From: Candidatus Poribacteria bacterium
GTDB taxonomy: Bacteria; Poribacteria; WGA-4E; WGA-3G
Assembly (NCBI GenBank): GCA_965198235.1
Contig: OZ240248.1
Span: 2,656,001 to 2,720,000 of the forward strand
DNA length: 64,000 bases
Direction of reading: 5' to 3'
Shown: one piece after another, positions 52,013-62,692 of the stretch
Layout of the letters: every line of letters starts with the position of its first letter
Position numbering within the stretch: the stretch's first letter is position 1
Notes under the pieces: model-generated
Database searches by the model: none
Told to the model about the DNA's origin: nothing
Seen by the model: the letters and a program-made list of their open reading frames with translations, nothing else
Program-made: the position numbers and the translations under genes

Positions 52013-53283
52013 TATTCCAACTGGGCTAAAACATAAGGTCCCTCAGGAATCACTGCAATTTGAGCATCTTCCCCGTATCGGGTTAGAAGTTCTTCGATAC
52101 CTTCCTGTGCACTTTTCAGAGGATGCACAAACAACTTTACACGTTGATGATACGGAATACCATCGGTGTAGAAATAGATATCTGCCTTCCTCGCAACCTT
52201 TGCCAACTCTTCTAATTGCCACTGATCGATGACGAAGTTTGCTGGGTTGTAAAGCCCTTGCACAAAGGCAGTTAAATCATCGGTTTTGAAAATCAGGTCT
52301 GTAAACGGCTTGCTACCGATACCTTCACTGCATGCCGCAACGAGCAAGATACTGCCTCCCTGCTTCACAATCTCAACGGCGGTCAGCAAGCCTTTGACTG
52401 CTTGATAGAACGTTGCATCTAAAGGGTAACCCGCGCTGGAAACAACGACGGCATCTGCTGCTGCGGGTAGCGTAACCCTGGCGTGTTTCTCGACAAACTG
52501 CGCGCCAACACGGTGAGACGCAACCATGTCACCCGCGAAAACCCCTGTGATTTGGCGGTGCTTGTCAATGGCAACGTTCAGATTAAAGTCAACACCCGCC
52601 ATCAGCGCAATTTCTGTAGCTTCTAAGTGAAACGGATTTCCTTCCAAGATACCGACAGCTGATTTTGGATGTTCCATCAGTTCGGGACCGTGCATCACCT
52701 TCATTGTCTCAATCGAGGCGATTCCTGGACAGATAGCCTTTCTACCACCAGAGTAACCTGCCATCAAGTGTGGCTCAATCAGACCGGTGATAATTTTCAA
52801 ATCCGCTTCAAGATAGGTTTTATTGATCTGAACAGGGGTGCCCTTCTGTGTTGTGCCTAAATATGCGTGGGTCTCTGGTTTCTGCGAAAAATGATTGACG
52901 ATACGATACCTTTCCATGAGGTCGCGTCCAACCATCGTTTCGAGTTCTTCCGCGTTATTAGGACGGTGGATACCAGTCGCAATGAGAATCGTAATTTTCT
53001 CGCGTGGGATGCCGGTCTGTTCAAGTGTTTCCAGTAGTGGAGGGAGAATCACTTTGTTCGGCACGGGTCGAGTTATGTCGGAGATCACGATACATGCTGA
53101 CTCGCGCCCTTTTGCAAGCTCAGCCAAGGGGGGTGAGGCGATAGGCTGAGCGAGTGCCTCTTGTACAACTCTGTCCCCATCCGACAGCGGAACGCTTTCC
53201 GAGATTTCAAGAACCCCGGCTACATTTTTGTCGGGAATCTCAATCGGTAATGTTCCACTTCCGTATCTCATTTCGACTCGCAT
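52012..53283 (-). CDS. larA: Nickel-pincer lactate racemase family protein
   Basis: DITRP, ATGIHR, EPH.MAGYSGGRK. Confidence 0.9.
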   Translation of the reverse strand: MRVEMRYGSGTLPIEIPDKNVAGVLEISESVPLSDGDRVVQEALAQPIASPPLAELAKGRESACIVISDITRPVPNKVILPPLLETLEQTGIPREKITILIATGIHRPNNAEELETMVGRDLMERYRIVNHFSQKPETHAYLGTTQKGTPVQINKTYLEADLKIITGLIEPHLMAGYSGGRKAICPGIASIETMKVMHGPELMEHPKSAVGILEGNPFHLEATEIALMAGVDFNLNVAIDKHRQITGVFAGDMVASHRVGAQFVEKHARVTLPAAADAVVVSSAGYPLDATFYQAVKGLLTAVEIVKQGGSILLVAACSEGIGSKPFTDLIFKTDDLTAFVQGLYNPANFVIDQWQLEELAKVARKADIYFYTDGIPYHQRVKLFVHPLKSAQEGIEELLTRYGEDAQIAVIPEGPYVLAQLE

Positions 53284-53643
53284 ATCGAAGTTTCCCTTCA
53301 GGTTGGCTACACGGGCAGCAATGTTGGCAAGTCGCTCAATAGAAAAACTAACCCCTGTAAGTATTATACCCTTTTTTCATAAAAAATGCAAATTAATTCT
53401 GTTTTTGTCATAATTTTCTCATATCTTGCCGGTTTTTTTGTCATATTTTGCTGACTTTATGCAAATTCTGCACGATAGGAGCGATCTGACGCGGGCTCTT
53501 TGTCCAAAATTGGAAGTGGATATGTAAATATTTTGTCAAAGGTCGCGATTCGGAGATCATCCCTAAATCACCTCAACTAACGCAACCGCCAGCAATTTCT
53601 CTTACTGACTGCTGACTGCTGATGGCTGATTGCTATAAAGCAC

Positions 53644-53672
53644 TTGACTTTTTTGACGCGATATGTTAAAAT
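53644..53672 (+). promoter_or_regulatory. Sigma70-like promoter
   Basis: TTGACT-17 nt-TAAAAT with extended TG. Confidence 0.6.
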
Positions 53673-53757
53673 CTTTTAATAAAACTTTGTCTATCTAACC
53701 AGTGGAATTCTTAAACGGATTGCGGGCAAAATTTACAAACAGAACGGAGAGACTGAC

Positions 53758-54138
53758 ATGCATCGCATTGAAGTTACCACCAAACCGAACGGTGCGGGAC
53801 GTAATTGGCTGGAAGTTGGATATTTTGAAACAGATGCGCTCGATCGCAGACAGTGGATTAAAAAGAACGTGCCGCATCAGGAATCAAAGTTAACCGTTGA
53901 TAGGCAATACTCCGCCCGCGGTGAAACGATTGACTGGATAGTTATTATTCCTGAAAACTATCCGTTCACGCTTGTCAAAGTTAACTATGACCGGCTCAAT
54001 CCCAAGGAGCTTGAAGTGCTCTGGGATCCAGATGGCGCATCGCAACCCGACACTGCCCGTGAAGACAAAATTAAGCGCATCTTTGAACTCGCCGATGGCA
54101 ATGATGAACTCACCCAGTTGCTAAAAGAGATTCTCTAA
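53758..54138 (+). CDS. Hypothetical protein
   Basis: RBS GGAG and upstream promoter. Confidence 0.7.
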   Translation: MHRIEVTTKPNGAGRNWLEVGYFETDALDRRQWIKKNVPHQESKLTVDRQYSARGETIDWIVIIPENYPFTLVKVNYDRLNPKELEVLWDPDGASQPDTAREDKIKRIFELADGNDELTQLLKEIL

Positions 54139-54297
54139 TCTTTTTTAACGTGAGTTTGACTTTACGTAAATCAGACTTCTCCGTATCAACGAAATAGACC
54201 TTTCTCTTTTACCGCGCAACCCAACCTACATCAACTCTCAACCGAAGTGTTGAGGCGTAAGCACAGGTAACTGGCGGCTTCCTTAAAAATGACTCGC

Positions 54298-55698
54298 CTA
54301 CCATCCATATCGTTCCGGTCCCCAAGGTTTCGATACCAATTCCTGTTTTGCCATTATCATCGTTTTGCTCGGCACATCGTCGTATAGAATGACTCCCGGT
54401 CCTACCACACTATAAGATCCGATACGTCTACCCGGCATGATAATCGCATTGACACCGGTACGACAGTAGTCCCCCATATATGTCGCATTTGCTCCGTAAG
54501 GCGGAACTTCGTAACGCCCCTCCACCCGCATGGGTGTATCCCCATCATCAAATCGGAGGGTTCCGCACACCGTCGCGGCACCGATATCGGTGGCGCATCC
54601 GAAAACGCCGGACATCTCACAATAGTGATAGAGATAGACTTTATCAAACAGGACCCCCGCCATCTCAGCACCGTGACCGATGATACACCGATTTCCGATG
54701 GCAGTACTGCCGACATCGCAGTAATCGCTAATCCTGCACTGATCTCCGACAAAGATATTTCCGTGCAAAATCGCACCGTTCGTTATATTGTTGTTCGCAC
54801 CTGCGATGAGCGTCCCATTGATAACGACACGCGGTCCGATTACAGAGTTTTTCCCGAGAACGACGTGTCCGTTAATTTCAGCGGCATCTGAGATTTTGGC
54901 ACCCGCCGCAATTTGGTCTTCCGTGACCTGTGTGGCGAGGTAATCGATCCATCGGCTGTTCGCTTCCAGTACATGCCACGGCTTATCGACATCGACAAGA
55001 AACCCCTCTGTTTGAACCGCCAACACCTCTCTATCGTCATCCACCATGAGTTGCATGGATTGCGCGATTTCAGATTCAGGTGGCGGCATCCCACCGACAG
55101 GCACCCTTGTAACAATTCCAGGGTTCCTTAAGAGGTAAGCAACTGCTGTCCGAGCGAAGGCATAGACACCGCAGAGCCGATAGGAACCCCCGCGTGGATG
55201 TCCCTCAATACCCGTAAGTTTTCTGACGCTTTTGCCCTCTACTTCTTTTGTGTCAATACTGCTACATAGCCAGTCGCTTGCGTCTTCGTTACCGAGCGGT
55301 TGCACGAGTGCTGCCGCTTCCACGTTGTGGATACAAAATTCCTTGATTAAATTACGAAAATTGTCAGGAATGGTTACAATATCCCCATAAACGACGAGGA
55401 ACGGTTCATCTTCGACATGCGCTAATGTGCTCAACACAGCACTTGCGGTGCCGTCAATAGGGTGTTGTGTAACGAAAACGACGTTTGGTATATCGGCAAG
55501 GACACCACGTACCTGTTGCGCGTAGTGTCCCACGACAACGACGATCCGTTCACATCCGACCTCAATCAGATTCTCTACGACCCGTCGAACGATTGGGGTG
55601 TTGGCGACGGGAATAGTGCATTTCTGTCGAAATTCCCCGTAGGGCCACACCTTGCGTCCTGATCCTGCGGCGAGTACAATCGCCGTTTTTATCTCCAT
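54298..55698 (-). CDS. Sugar-1-phosphate nucleotidyltransferase with hexapeptide-repeat domain (GlmU-like)
   Basis: LAAGSG, Q..GTA, YGD, left-handed beta-helix repeats. Confidence 0.88.
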   Translation of the reverse strand: MEIKTAIVLAAGSGRKVWPYGEFRQKCTIPVANTPIVRRVVENLIEVGCERIVVVVGHYAQQVRGVLADIPNVVFVTQHPIDGTASAVLSTLAHVEDEPFLVVYGDIVTIPDNFRNLIKEFCIHNVEAAALVQPLGNEDASDWLCSSIDTKEVEGKSVRKLTGIEGHPRGGSYRLCGVYAFARTAVAYLLRNPGIVTRVPVGGMPPPESEIAQSMQLMVDDDREVLAVQTEGFLVDVDKPWHVLEANSRWIDYLATQVTEDQIAAGAKISDAAEINGHVVLGKNSVIGPRVVINGTLIAGANNNITNGAILHGNIFVGDQCRISDYCDVGSTAIGNRCIIGHGAEMAGVLFDKVYLYHYCEMSGVFGCATDIGAATVCGTLRFDDGDTPMRVEGRYEVPPYGANATYMGDYCRTGVNAIIMPGRRIGSYSVVGPGVILYDDVPSKTMIMAKQELVSKPWGPERYGW

Positions 55699-55699
55699 C

Positions 55700-56495
<796 letters not shown>

Positions 56496-56513
56496 GGCTA
56501 AATTCCTTTCTGT

Positions 56514-57266
56514 TTACCAACCATTCGACTTCAGGTCTCCCCATGTAGTAGCGAGTTTACCTTCAGGTTGGACCGCAAGTCCATGTGGATCAAAATTGTC
56601 AGCGAAGATCTCCGCTTCATGTTCAGGCGTGGCAACGACCACATTATCAACACCATAAATACCGAATTTCCAGCAGTCAAAACTGATGTTTCCTGACTTG
56701 TAAGTATCGTCCTTAATTTCCCACTCGGCGATCTGTTCTTTTTTCTCTGTGACATCCCATATATGAATGGTCACCCGTTTCTCCTGCGTCATTAACGCCG
56801 CTTTCAGTATAAAACGGTCAGACGCCGCATTGTAATTAGACGACGCTGGACCGCCCTTCGCTGGGAAAGGTTGCCACGCATTAACAGGTCCAGCTTTATT
56901 TGTTGTCACTTTGACGCTGTTGCGGCCCCACCAACGCATCCAATAAGAACCATCTGGTGTCTGCCGCAACGCACCACCACCGTCTCCCTGTCCGCTCCAT
57001 TCTATGATGAACCATTCGTAATAGATGATGACATCGTTGAAGTGTTTAACAGACCGGAGACTCACGTAGTCCCCACCGGATTTCCCCTGGTTCAAATAGA
57101 GGATACCGTCTTTGGGATAAACAAATTTGGGATGACCTGTCTGCCATTTAGTTGTTAAGTCCAAGTCGCCTTCAAAATCTTCCTGTAACAAGATTTCCGC
57201 TGAGGCATTAAACGCCACAAGCGCGAGTATTGTTAGAATCAAGATACATCTAATAGCGAGTATCAT
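56514..57266 (-). CDS. Secreted lectin-like protein with conserved C-terminal tail
   Basis: Signal peptide; LAVQPEGKLATTWGDLK. Confidence 0.8.
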   Translation of the reverse strand: MILAIRCILILTILALVAFNASAEILLQEDFEGDLDLTTKWQTGHPKFVYPKDGILYLNQGKSGGDYVSLRSVKHFNDVIIYYEWFIIEWSGQGDGGGALRQTPDGSYWMRWWGRNSVKVTTNKAGPVNAWQPFPAKGGPASSNYNAASDRFILKAALMTQEKRVTIHIWDVTEKKEQIAEWEIKDDTYKSGNISFDCWKFGIYGVDNVVVATPEHEAEIFADNFDPHGLAVQPEGKLATTWGDLKSNGW

Positions 57267-57677
57267 TTTTCAAACTCCTTTGTTAGGTTCCATTAAGTTG
57301 GAAAGTAACCTACGGAAACCGAGGTAAATTGCGGTTTAACAGCATAATTTGTCTCGATCACGATATTACAGAGACAAGGGAAATTCACCTATTCAAGTGA
57401 CATCGAATCAATCAGGGCAGTATATCAGAGAGAAATAAATATCTCAAGGAAAAACTGCTCAATAGATAGGGGCATTTATGGTAGATTTTAGAATTACTTT
57501 TCATTGGGGTTGGTGAGGTTACGGGCACCCACAAGGGATGCCCCTACAAGATGTAAACTTATTTCCATAATTCACCATAAATAGCCGTATTCGGATGATG
57601 TTTTGACTTGATTTTTTCTTGAAATCTGTTATTATTTTAACCCATTCAGAAATAGTATTACAAAGAGAAGGAAGCGC

Positions 57678-59423
57678 ATGGCGAATTATCAAGAGCTGGC
57701 AAATCTGGTTTGGAATGTGGCGGATGATGTGCTCCGAGGACTGTTCAAACCGCACGAATACGGCGACATCACCCTCCCGTTTCTGGTGCTGCGCCGATTG
57801 GATTGCATCTTAGACGAGGACGGACGCAAAGAGAAAGCCATCAATACCTACAATCAATACAACGGTCAAGTATCTGAAGACCTGATACCGCCGATTATCC
57901 TGAAAGAGACAAACACCAGTTTCTACAACACCTCCCAATACGACCTCTCTCGACTGAAAGCAGACCCGAACAACATCCGCCTTAACTTTGAGAACTACCT
58001 CAACGGATTCAGTCAGGACGTGCGCGACATCATCGAAAACTTCAATCTCGGTGGGTTTATTGAGCGACTGGACAAAAATAACCGACTCTTCATCTTCTGC
58101 GACAAATTCACCGAAATCGACCTGCACCCCGATCAGGTAGACAACCACACGATGGGACAGGTCTTTGAGGAACTGCTCCGCCGATTCTCGGAGATGTCCA
58201 ACGAAACCAGTGGGGAACACTACACGCCGCGGGATGTCGTGCGGTTATTGGTCTCCTTGTTGTTTGCGGAACACCGTGAAGATTTACGCGGGCAGGGGGT
58301 TATCCGCAGTATCTTCGATCCGTGTTGCGGAACGGGCGGTATGTTGACGATTGGGAAGGAATACTTCCGTGAACAGATTAATCCGGAGGCTGACATCCGG
58401 CTGTTAGGTCAGGAACTGAACGCCCAGACCTACGCGATTTGCAAGTCGGATATGCTCATCACCGGAGAGGACCCCGACAATATTCGACATGGCTCCAGTC
58501 TCTCCGAGGACCAGTTTCAAGGGCAACGTTTCGATTATATGATCACAAATCCGCCCTTTGGTGTCAGTTGGAAATCCGATGAAGGGACGGTGAAAGCGGA
58601 TGCCCAGACCGCCAACGGCAGGTTCGCAGCGGGTACGCCTCGCTCCTCCGATGGTGCGTTGCTGTTCCTACAACACATGCTCTCCAAGATGGAGGACAAT
58701 GGGAGTCGCGTTGGTATCGTCTTTAACGGGTCGCCGCTCTTTACGGGGGATGCCGGTAGCGGTGAGAGTGAAATCCGACGTTGGATTATCGAAAACGACT
58801 GGCTGGAGTGTATTATCGCGCTGCCTGAAAAGTTGTTCTTCAACACCAGTATCGCCACCTATATCTGGATCTTAACGAATCGAAAATCGGCGGCACGACA
58901 GGGTAAGATCCAACTCATCAACGCCGTTGACTTCCGCGGCGAGATGAAAAAGAATCTCGGGGACAAGAACGTTTTCATTTCCGATAGCCATGTCCGTCAT
59001 ATAGTGGAACTCTACACCGACTTTGAAGAGACTGAACACTCTAAAATCTATCCAAACGAGTTTTTCGGCTACACGAAAGTGACGGTTGAGAGACCGCTCA
59101 TCGAAAGACAGGAGATTCTCGGAGAGGAAAAGGAATTCGTTGTCACGGACAAGAAAGGCAATCCGAAACCGGATACCAAGCTGCGAGACTATGAGCGCGT
59201 TCCGCTCATGGAGGACATTGACGATTACTACCAACGAGAAGTGAAACCGCACCTGCCGGATAGTTGGATAGACAGGAAAAAGGATAAGGTGGGCTATGAG
59301 ATTAACTTCAATCGGTATTTTTACCAATACACGCCGTTGCGCTCACTGAAGGAGATTGCTGATGAATTGTTGGCACTGGAGCGGAAAAGTGAAGGCTCGC
59401 TGAATGAAGTGTTGGGGGTATGA
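57678..59423 (+). CDS. hsdM: Type I R-M N6-adenine methyltransferase
   Basis: GEHYTPR, DPCCGTGG, NPPF, GYEINFNRYFY. Confidence 0.96.
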   Translation: MANYQELANLVWNVADDVLRGLFKPHEYGDITLPFLVLRRLDCILDEDGRKEKAINTYNQYNGQVSEDLIPPIILKETNTSFYNTSQYDLSRLKADPNNIRLNFENYLNGFSQDVRDIIENFNLGGFIERLDKNNRLFIFCDKFTEIDLHPDQVDNHTMGQVFEELLRRFSEMSNETSGEHYTPRDVVRLLVSLLFAEHREDLRGQGVIRSIFDPCCGTGGMLTIGKEYFREQINPEADIRLLGQELNAQTYAICKSDMLITGEDPDNIRHGSSLSEDQFQGQRFDYMITNPPFGVSWKSDEGTVKADAQTANGRFAAGTPRSSDGALLFLQHMLSKMEDNGSRVGIVFNGSPLFTGDAGSGESEIRRWIIENDWLECIIALPEKLFFNTSIATYIWILTNRKSAARQGKIQLINAVDFRGEMKKNLGDKNVFISDSHVRHIVELYTDFEETEHSKIYPNEFFGYTKVTVERPLIERQEILGEEKEFVVTDKKGNPKPDTKLRDYERVPLMEDIDDYYQREVKPHLPDSWIDRKKDKVGYEINFNRYFYQYTPLRSLKEIADELLALERKSEGSLNEVLGV

Positions 59424-59425
59424 GG

Positions 59426-60143
59426 TTCAGACGGACCCCATTAATCTGAATCGCGGATTTTCGCGGATTAGACGGATTGCGCGGATTATTGAATCTGTTC
59501 TATTACGCCCTAAGGCGTTAGAATCTGCTTGTTTAACGCTTGATAGGTGATAATATAAGGCGCGATTGATACAGACAGGGACATCGAGAAAGGAAATTAC
59601 AAATGAACACTAACCTGAAACATAAAGATATAACTCAAAAGATCATTGGAGCGGCGTTTGAAGTACATACGTTTTTGGGAAATGGCTTTCAAGAGGTGAT
59701 TTATCAGCGTGCGTTGGCGGTTGAGATGCGAAAAGCGGGGTTAGAGTTTGTCAGAGAAATTGAGCAAGATATTTACTACAAAGATTTTCCAAAGCCCATC
59801 GGAACACGTAGAGCAGATTTTGTGGTAGCGCAGAAAGTGTTGGTAGAACTGAAAGCAATTAGCGCGTTGGAAAATGTCCATGAAGTACAGACATTAAATT
59901 ATTTGAGAGCATATCGATTAGAGGTAGCCTTATTAATCAATTTCGGTGAGAAAAGTTTAAAATATAAGAGACTGATTCTATCCCAACGCAATGCCGCTAT
60001 TCGTAATTGAAAGTATGTTCGTGAAAGTGAACCTTGAATGGACGGTAACAAAATCCGTGATTCAGACATGAAAGTGAATTTAAGATGGACGATAACAAAA
60101 TCCGCGAAATCCGTCTAATCCGCGAAAATCCGCGATTCAGACG
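59426..60143. mobile_element. Inverted-repeat-flanked GxxExxY cassette inserted in the hsdS 5' end
   Basis: 43-bp inverted repeat (42/43) at 59445-59487 and 60099-60141; TTCAGACG direct repeat. Confidence 0.75.
59603..60010 (+). CDS. GxxExxY family protein (PD-(D/E)xK nuclease fold)
   Basis: LGNGFQEVIY, RADFVV..VELK, Q.LNYL, LINFG. Confidence 0.95.
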   Translation: MNTNLKHKDITQKIIGAAFEVHTFLGNGFQEVIYQRALAVEMRKAGLEFVREIEQDIYYKDFPKPIGTRRADFVVAQKVLVELKAISALENVHEVQTLNYLRAYRLEVALLINFGEKSLKYKRLILSQRNAAIRN

Positions 60144-61377
60144 TTATCCTGAATATAAAGAGAGCGGCGCGAAGTGGATTGGAGATATGCCGGTGCATTG
60201 GAACCTGTCTATGTTGAAGTATATGGCTCGTTTAGTCTACGGTGATACTTTAACTTCCGAAAATAGGGAGAACGGTGTCGTGCCTGTGTATGGATCTAAT
60301 GGCATTATCGACACTCATTCTTTATCAAACACCTTATCACCCGCAATTATTGTTGGACGTAAAGGTTCTCTGGGTAAAATACAATATTCTGATGTTCCCT
60401 GTTTTGTTATTGATACCGCATACTTTATTGACAGACGTACTGCTAATGTAGACCTCCGTTGGCTACACTATGTCTTTCAAGCTCTTAAACTGGAAAGATT
60501 TCGGAATAGTGTACTTCCAGGTTTGAATCGTGAATCTGCAGAAAGCCAATATATTCCTTTAATCAGGAAGGAAGAGCAAACGCAAATCGCCAACTTCCTT
60601 GACCGCAAAACCGAACAGATTGACGAGCTCATCCGCATCAAAGAACGACGGATAGAACTGCTGCAGGAACAACGCACTGCACTGATAAATCAGGCAGTAA
60701 CGACGGGACTTGATCCGAATGTAGAGATGAAATCGTCGGGGGTGGAGTGGATTGGGGAGATACCAGCGCATTGGGAATCAAAAAGGTTAGGGCATGTTTC
60801 AACTATTTTCAAGGGTGGAACTCCAAAACGAAATGTTGATAGATACTTTCAAGGTGACTTGCCTTGGGCAAGACCTGTTGACATCACAGCACTACGGGGT
60901 GCTTTATACATTCACGATACTGAAATCCATATATCAGAAGAAGCTCTGGGCAACAGTGGGGCAAGACGACTGCCCGCCGGGACGGTCTTGCTTACAAGTC
61001 GTGCAACAATAGGTGAAACCGCAATTGCGACAGTACCAATGGCAACAAATCAAGGTTTTGCAAATTTTGTGTGCAATAAGCAGTTGCTTAATATTTATCT
61101 TGCTTACTATCTCCGAGCAATAAAGGAGTTGCTGATTTCTCTTGGAAGTGGTAGCACATTTTTGGAGGTAACAAAAGGAACTCTGGTAGGTGTAGGGATA
61201 CCACTCCCATCACTTTCTGAACAGAAACAAATCGTCAACTTCCTTGACAGCAAGACGGAACAGATTGATGACCTAATAGCAACAGAACAACGGAAAATCG
61301 AACTCCTCAGAGAATACCGTCAATCCCTCATCTCCGAAGCAGTGACCGGCAAGATAGATGTCCGACACGAGGTGTAG
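60085..61377 (+). CDS. hsdS: Type I R-M specificity subunit
   Basis: Repeated K.SG..WIG..P.HW and EQ.QI.NFLD.KT conserved regions; two target recognition domains. Confidence 0.95.
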   Translation: MDDNKIREIRLIRENPRFRRYPEYKESGAKWIGDMPVHWNLSMLKYMARLVYGDTLTSENRENGVVPVYGSNGIIDTHSLSNTLSPAIIVGRKGSLGKIQYSDVPCFVIDTAYFIDRRTANVDLRWLHYVFQALKLERFRNSVLPGLNRESAESQYIPLIRKEEQTQIANFLDRKTEQIDELIRIKERRIELLQEQRTALINQAVTTGLDPNVEMKSSGVEWIGEIPAHWESKRLGHVSTIFKGGTPKRNVDRYFQGDLPWARPVDITALRGALYIHDTEIHISEEALGNSGARRLPAGTVLLTSRATIGETAIATVPMATNQGFANFVCNKQLLNIYLAYYLRAIKELLISLGSGSTFLEVTKGTLVGVGIPLPSLSEQKQIVNFLDSKTEQIDDLIATEQRKIELLREYRQSLISEAVTGKIDVRHEV

Positions 61378-61380
61378 ACC

Positions 61381-61461
61381 ATGCCGACCTATACAGAAGA
61401 AAATTTTGAAGAGCACATCGAACAAGAATACATGACCCCGGGAGCACGGAGGCGAACATGA
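61381..61461 (+). pseudogene. Duplicated hsdR start (26-codon stub)
   Basis: MPTYTEENFEEHIE vs MQTYTEQNFEDHIE at 62693. Confidence 0.85.
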
Positions 61462-62679
61462 GAAGTTTTGGAACATACGGACGTGTATATCCTGACCAGC
61501 ATTATGTTGTGCCTCGCACTGCGGAGATTGCCGATTTCATCAATCGCCTCAAAGCCGGTAGGTATGTTGTACTCTTTGCACCCCGCCAGACCGGTAAAAC
61601 GACTTTCTTTCGATTCGCGATGGATGCGCTCACAAAGCAAGACCCAACCTATTTCCCCATCCAATTAGATTTCCAAACGATGCGCACTGCTGCGCCTGCT
61701 GTTTTTTATCAGCAGCTTTATTATATGCTTCGGAGACAAATTCAGAGTGTTTTCCAAAAACGCGGCGGCACGCCTTCTGAAGCACTCCTGCAATTTCTGG
61801 AGAACACAACACTGACGGATCATTTTTCTATGGAAGCGTTCTTTGAGGAGCTTGGAAGTTTGTTGGACAGCGATTCTCATCAGGAGGTTCCTGCTTTCAA
61901 GAAGGTTGTCCTCTTGATTGACGAATTTGATGGTATTCCGCAAGCTGTCCTCAGCGATTTTCTATATACCCTTCGCCAGATTTATCTCTCTGATGAGATG
62001 CGATGTCCGCACAGTGTCGGGATCGTGGGGGTCAGGAGCATTGCACAACTCGACTATGATAGGTCGGTTTCGCCGTTCAATATCCAAGATGAATTTCATT
62101 CTCTGCGAAATCCTGAATCCCATCTATCTCTATTGTATCATACAAACTTTCAAACCGCTGATAAACGGATTAGAACACCAATATCTCTCTGAGGACACCG
62201 ATAGCGGTTTCCGCGATTATCTCACACCCTCTGGACACATTGATATCATTCCATTACTTGATAACTTCCGGGATTTCATCGGGCGTGCGGGTTTCCAGAT
62301 TTTGCAGGTGCCAGATACACCGCAGGAGTCGGTCGGAAGGTATCTCTTGTTTGCTTATCTGGACCAATTCGTCAGGATTGTGGGGGGTGTGATGCACATC
62401 GAAGTGCAGACTGGACGCGGGCGATTGGATATGCTTATCACGCACAACCAGCGAAAATATATTGTTGAGACGAAGGGATGGAGAGGACAGAATTACTATG
62501 CGTCAGGGAAAAGACAACTCGCCGCGTATCTTAAATTAGAAGGCGTAGCGGAGGGATATTATATTGTGTTCGATCATCGAAGGACACCAGAGCCACGTGT
62601 AGAGACTGAAACGGTTGAGGGGGTGACGGTCCGGAGTTACGTGATTCCTGTGATACAGGAGCAACCCTCATCTATCTAA
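61458..62679 (+). pseudogene. AAA ATPase plus PD-(D/E)xK protein, internally deleted and frameshifted near 62095
   Basis: APRQTGKT and LIDEFD; the C-terminal GRGRLD..IVETK..QL..Y part lies in another frame. Confidence 0.8.
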
Positions 62680-62692
62680 CGAGGTTCGGAGC

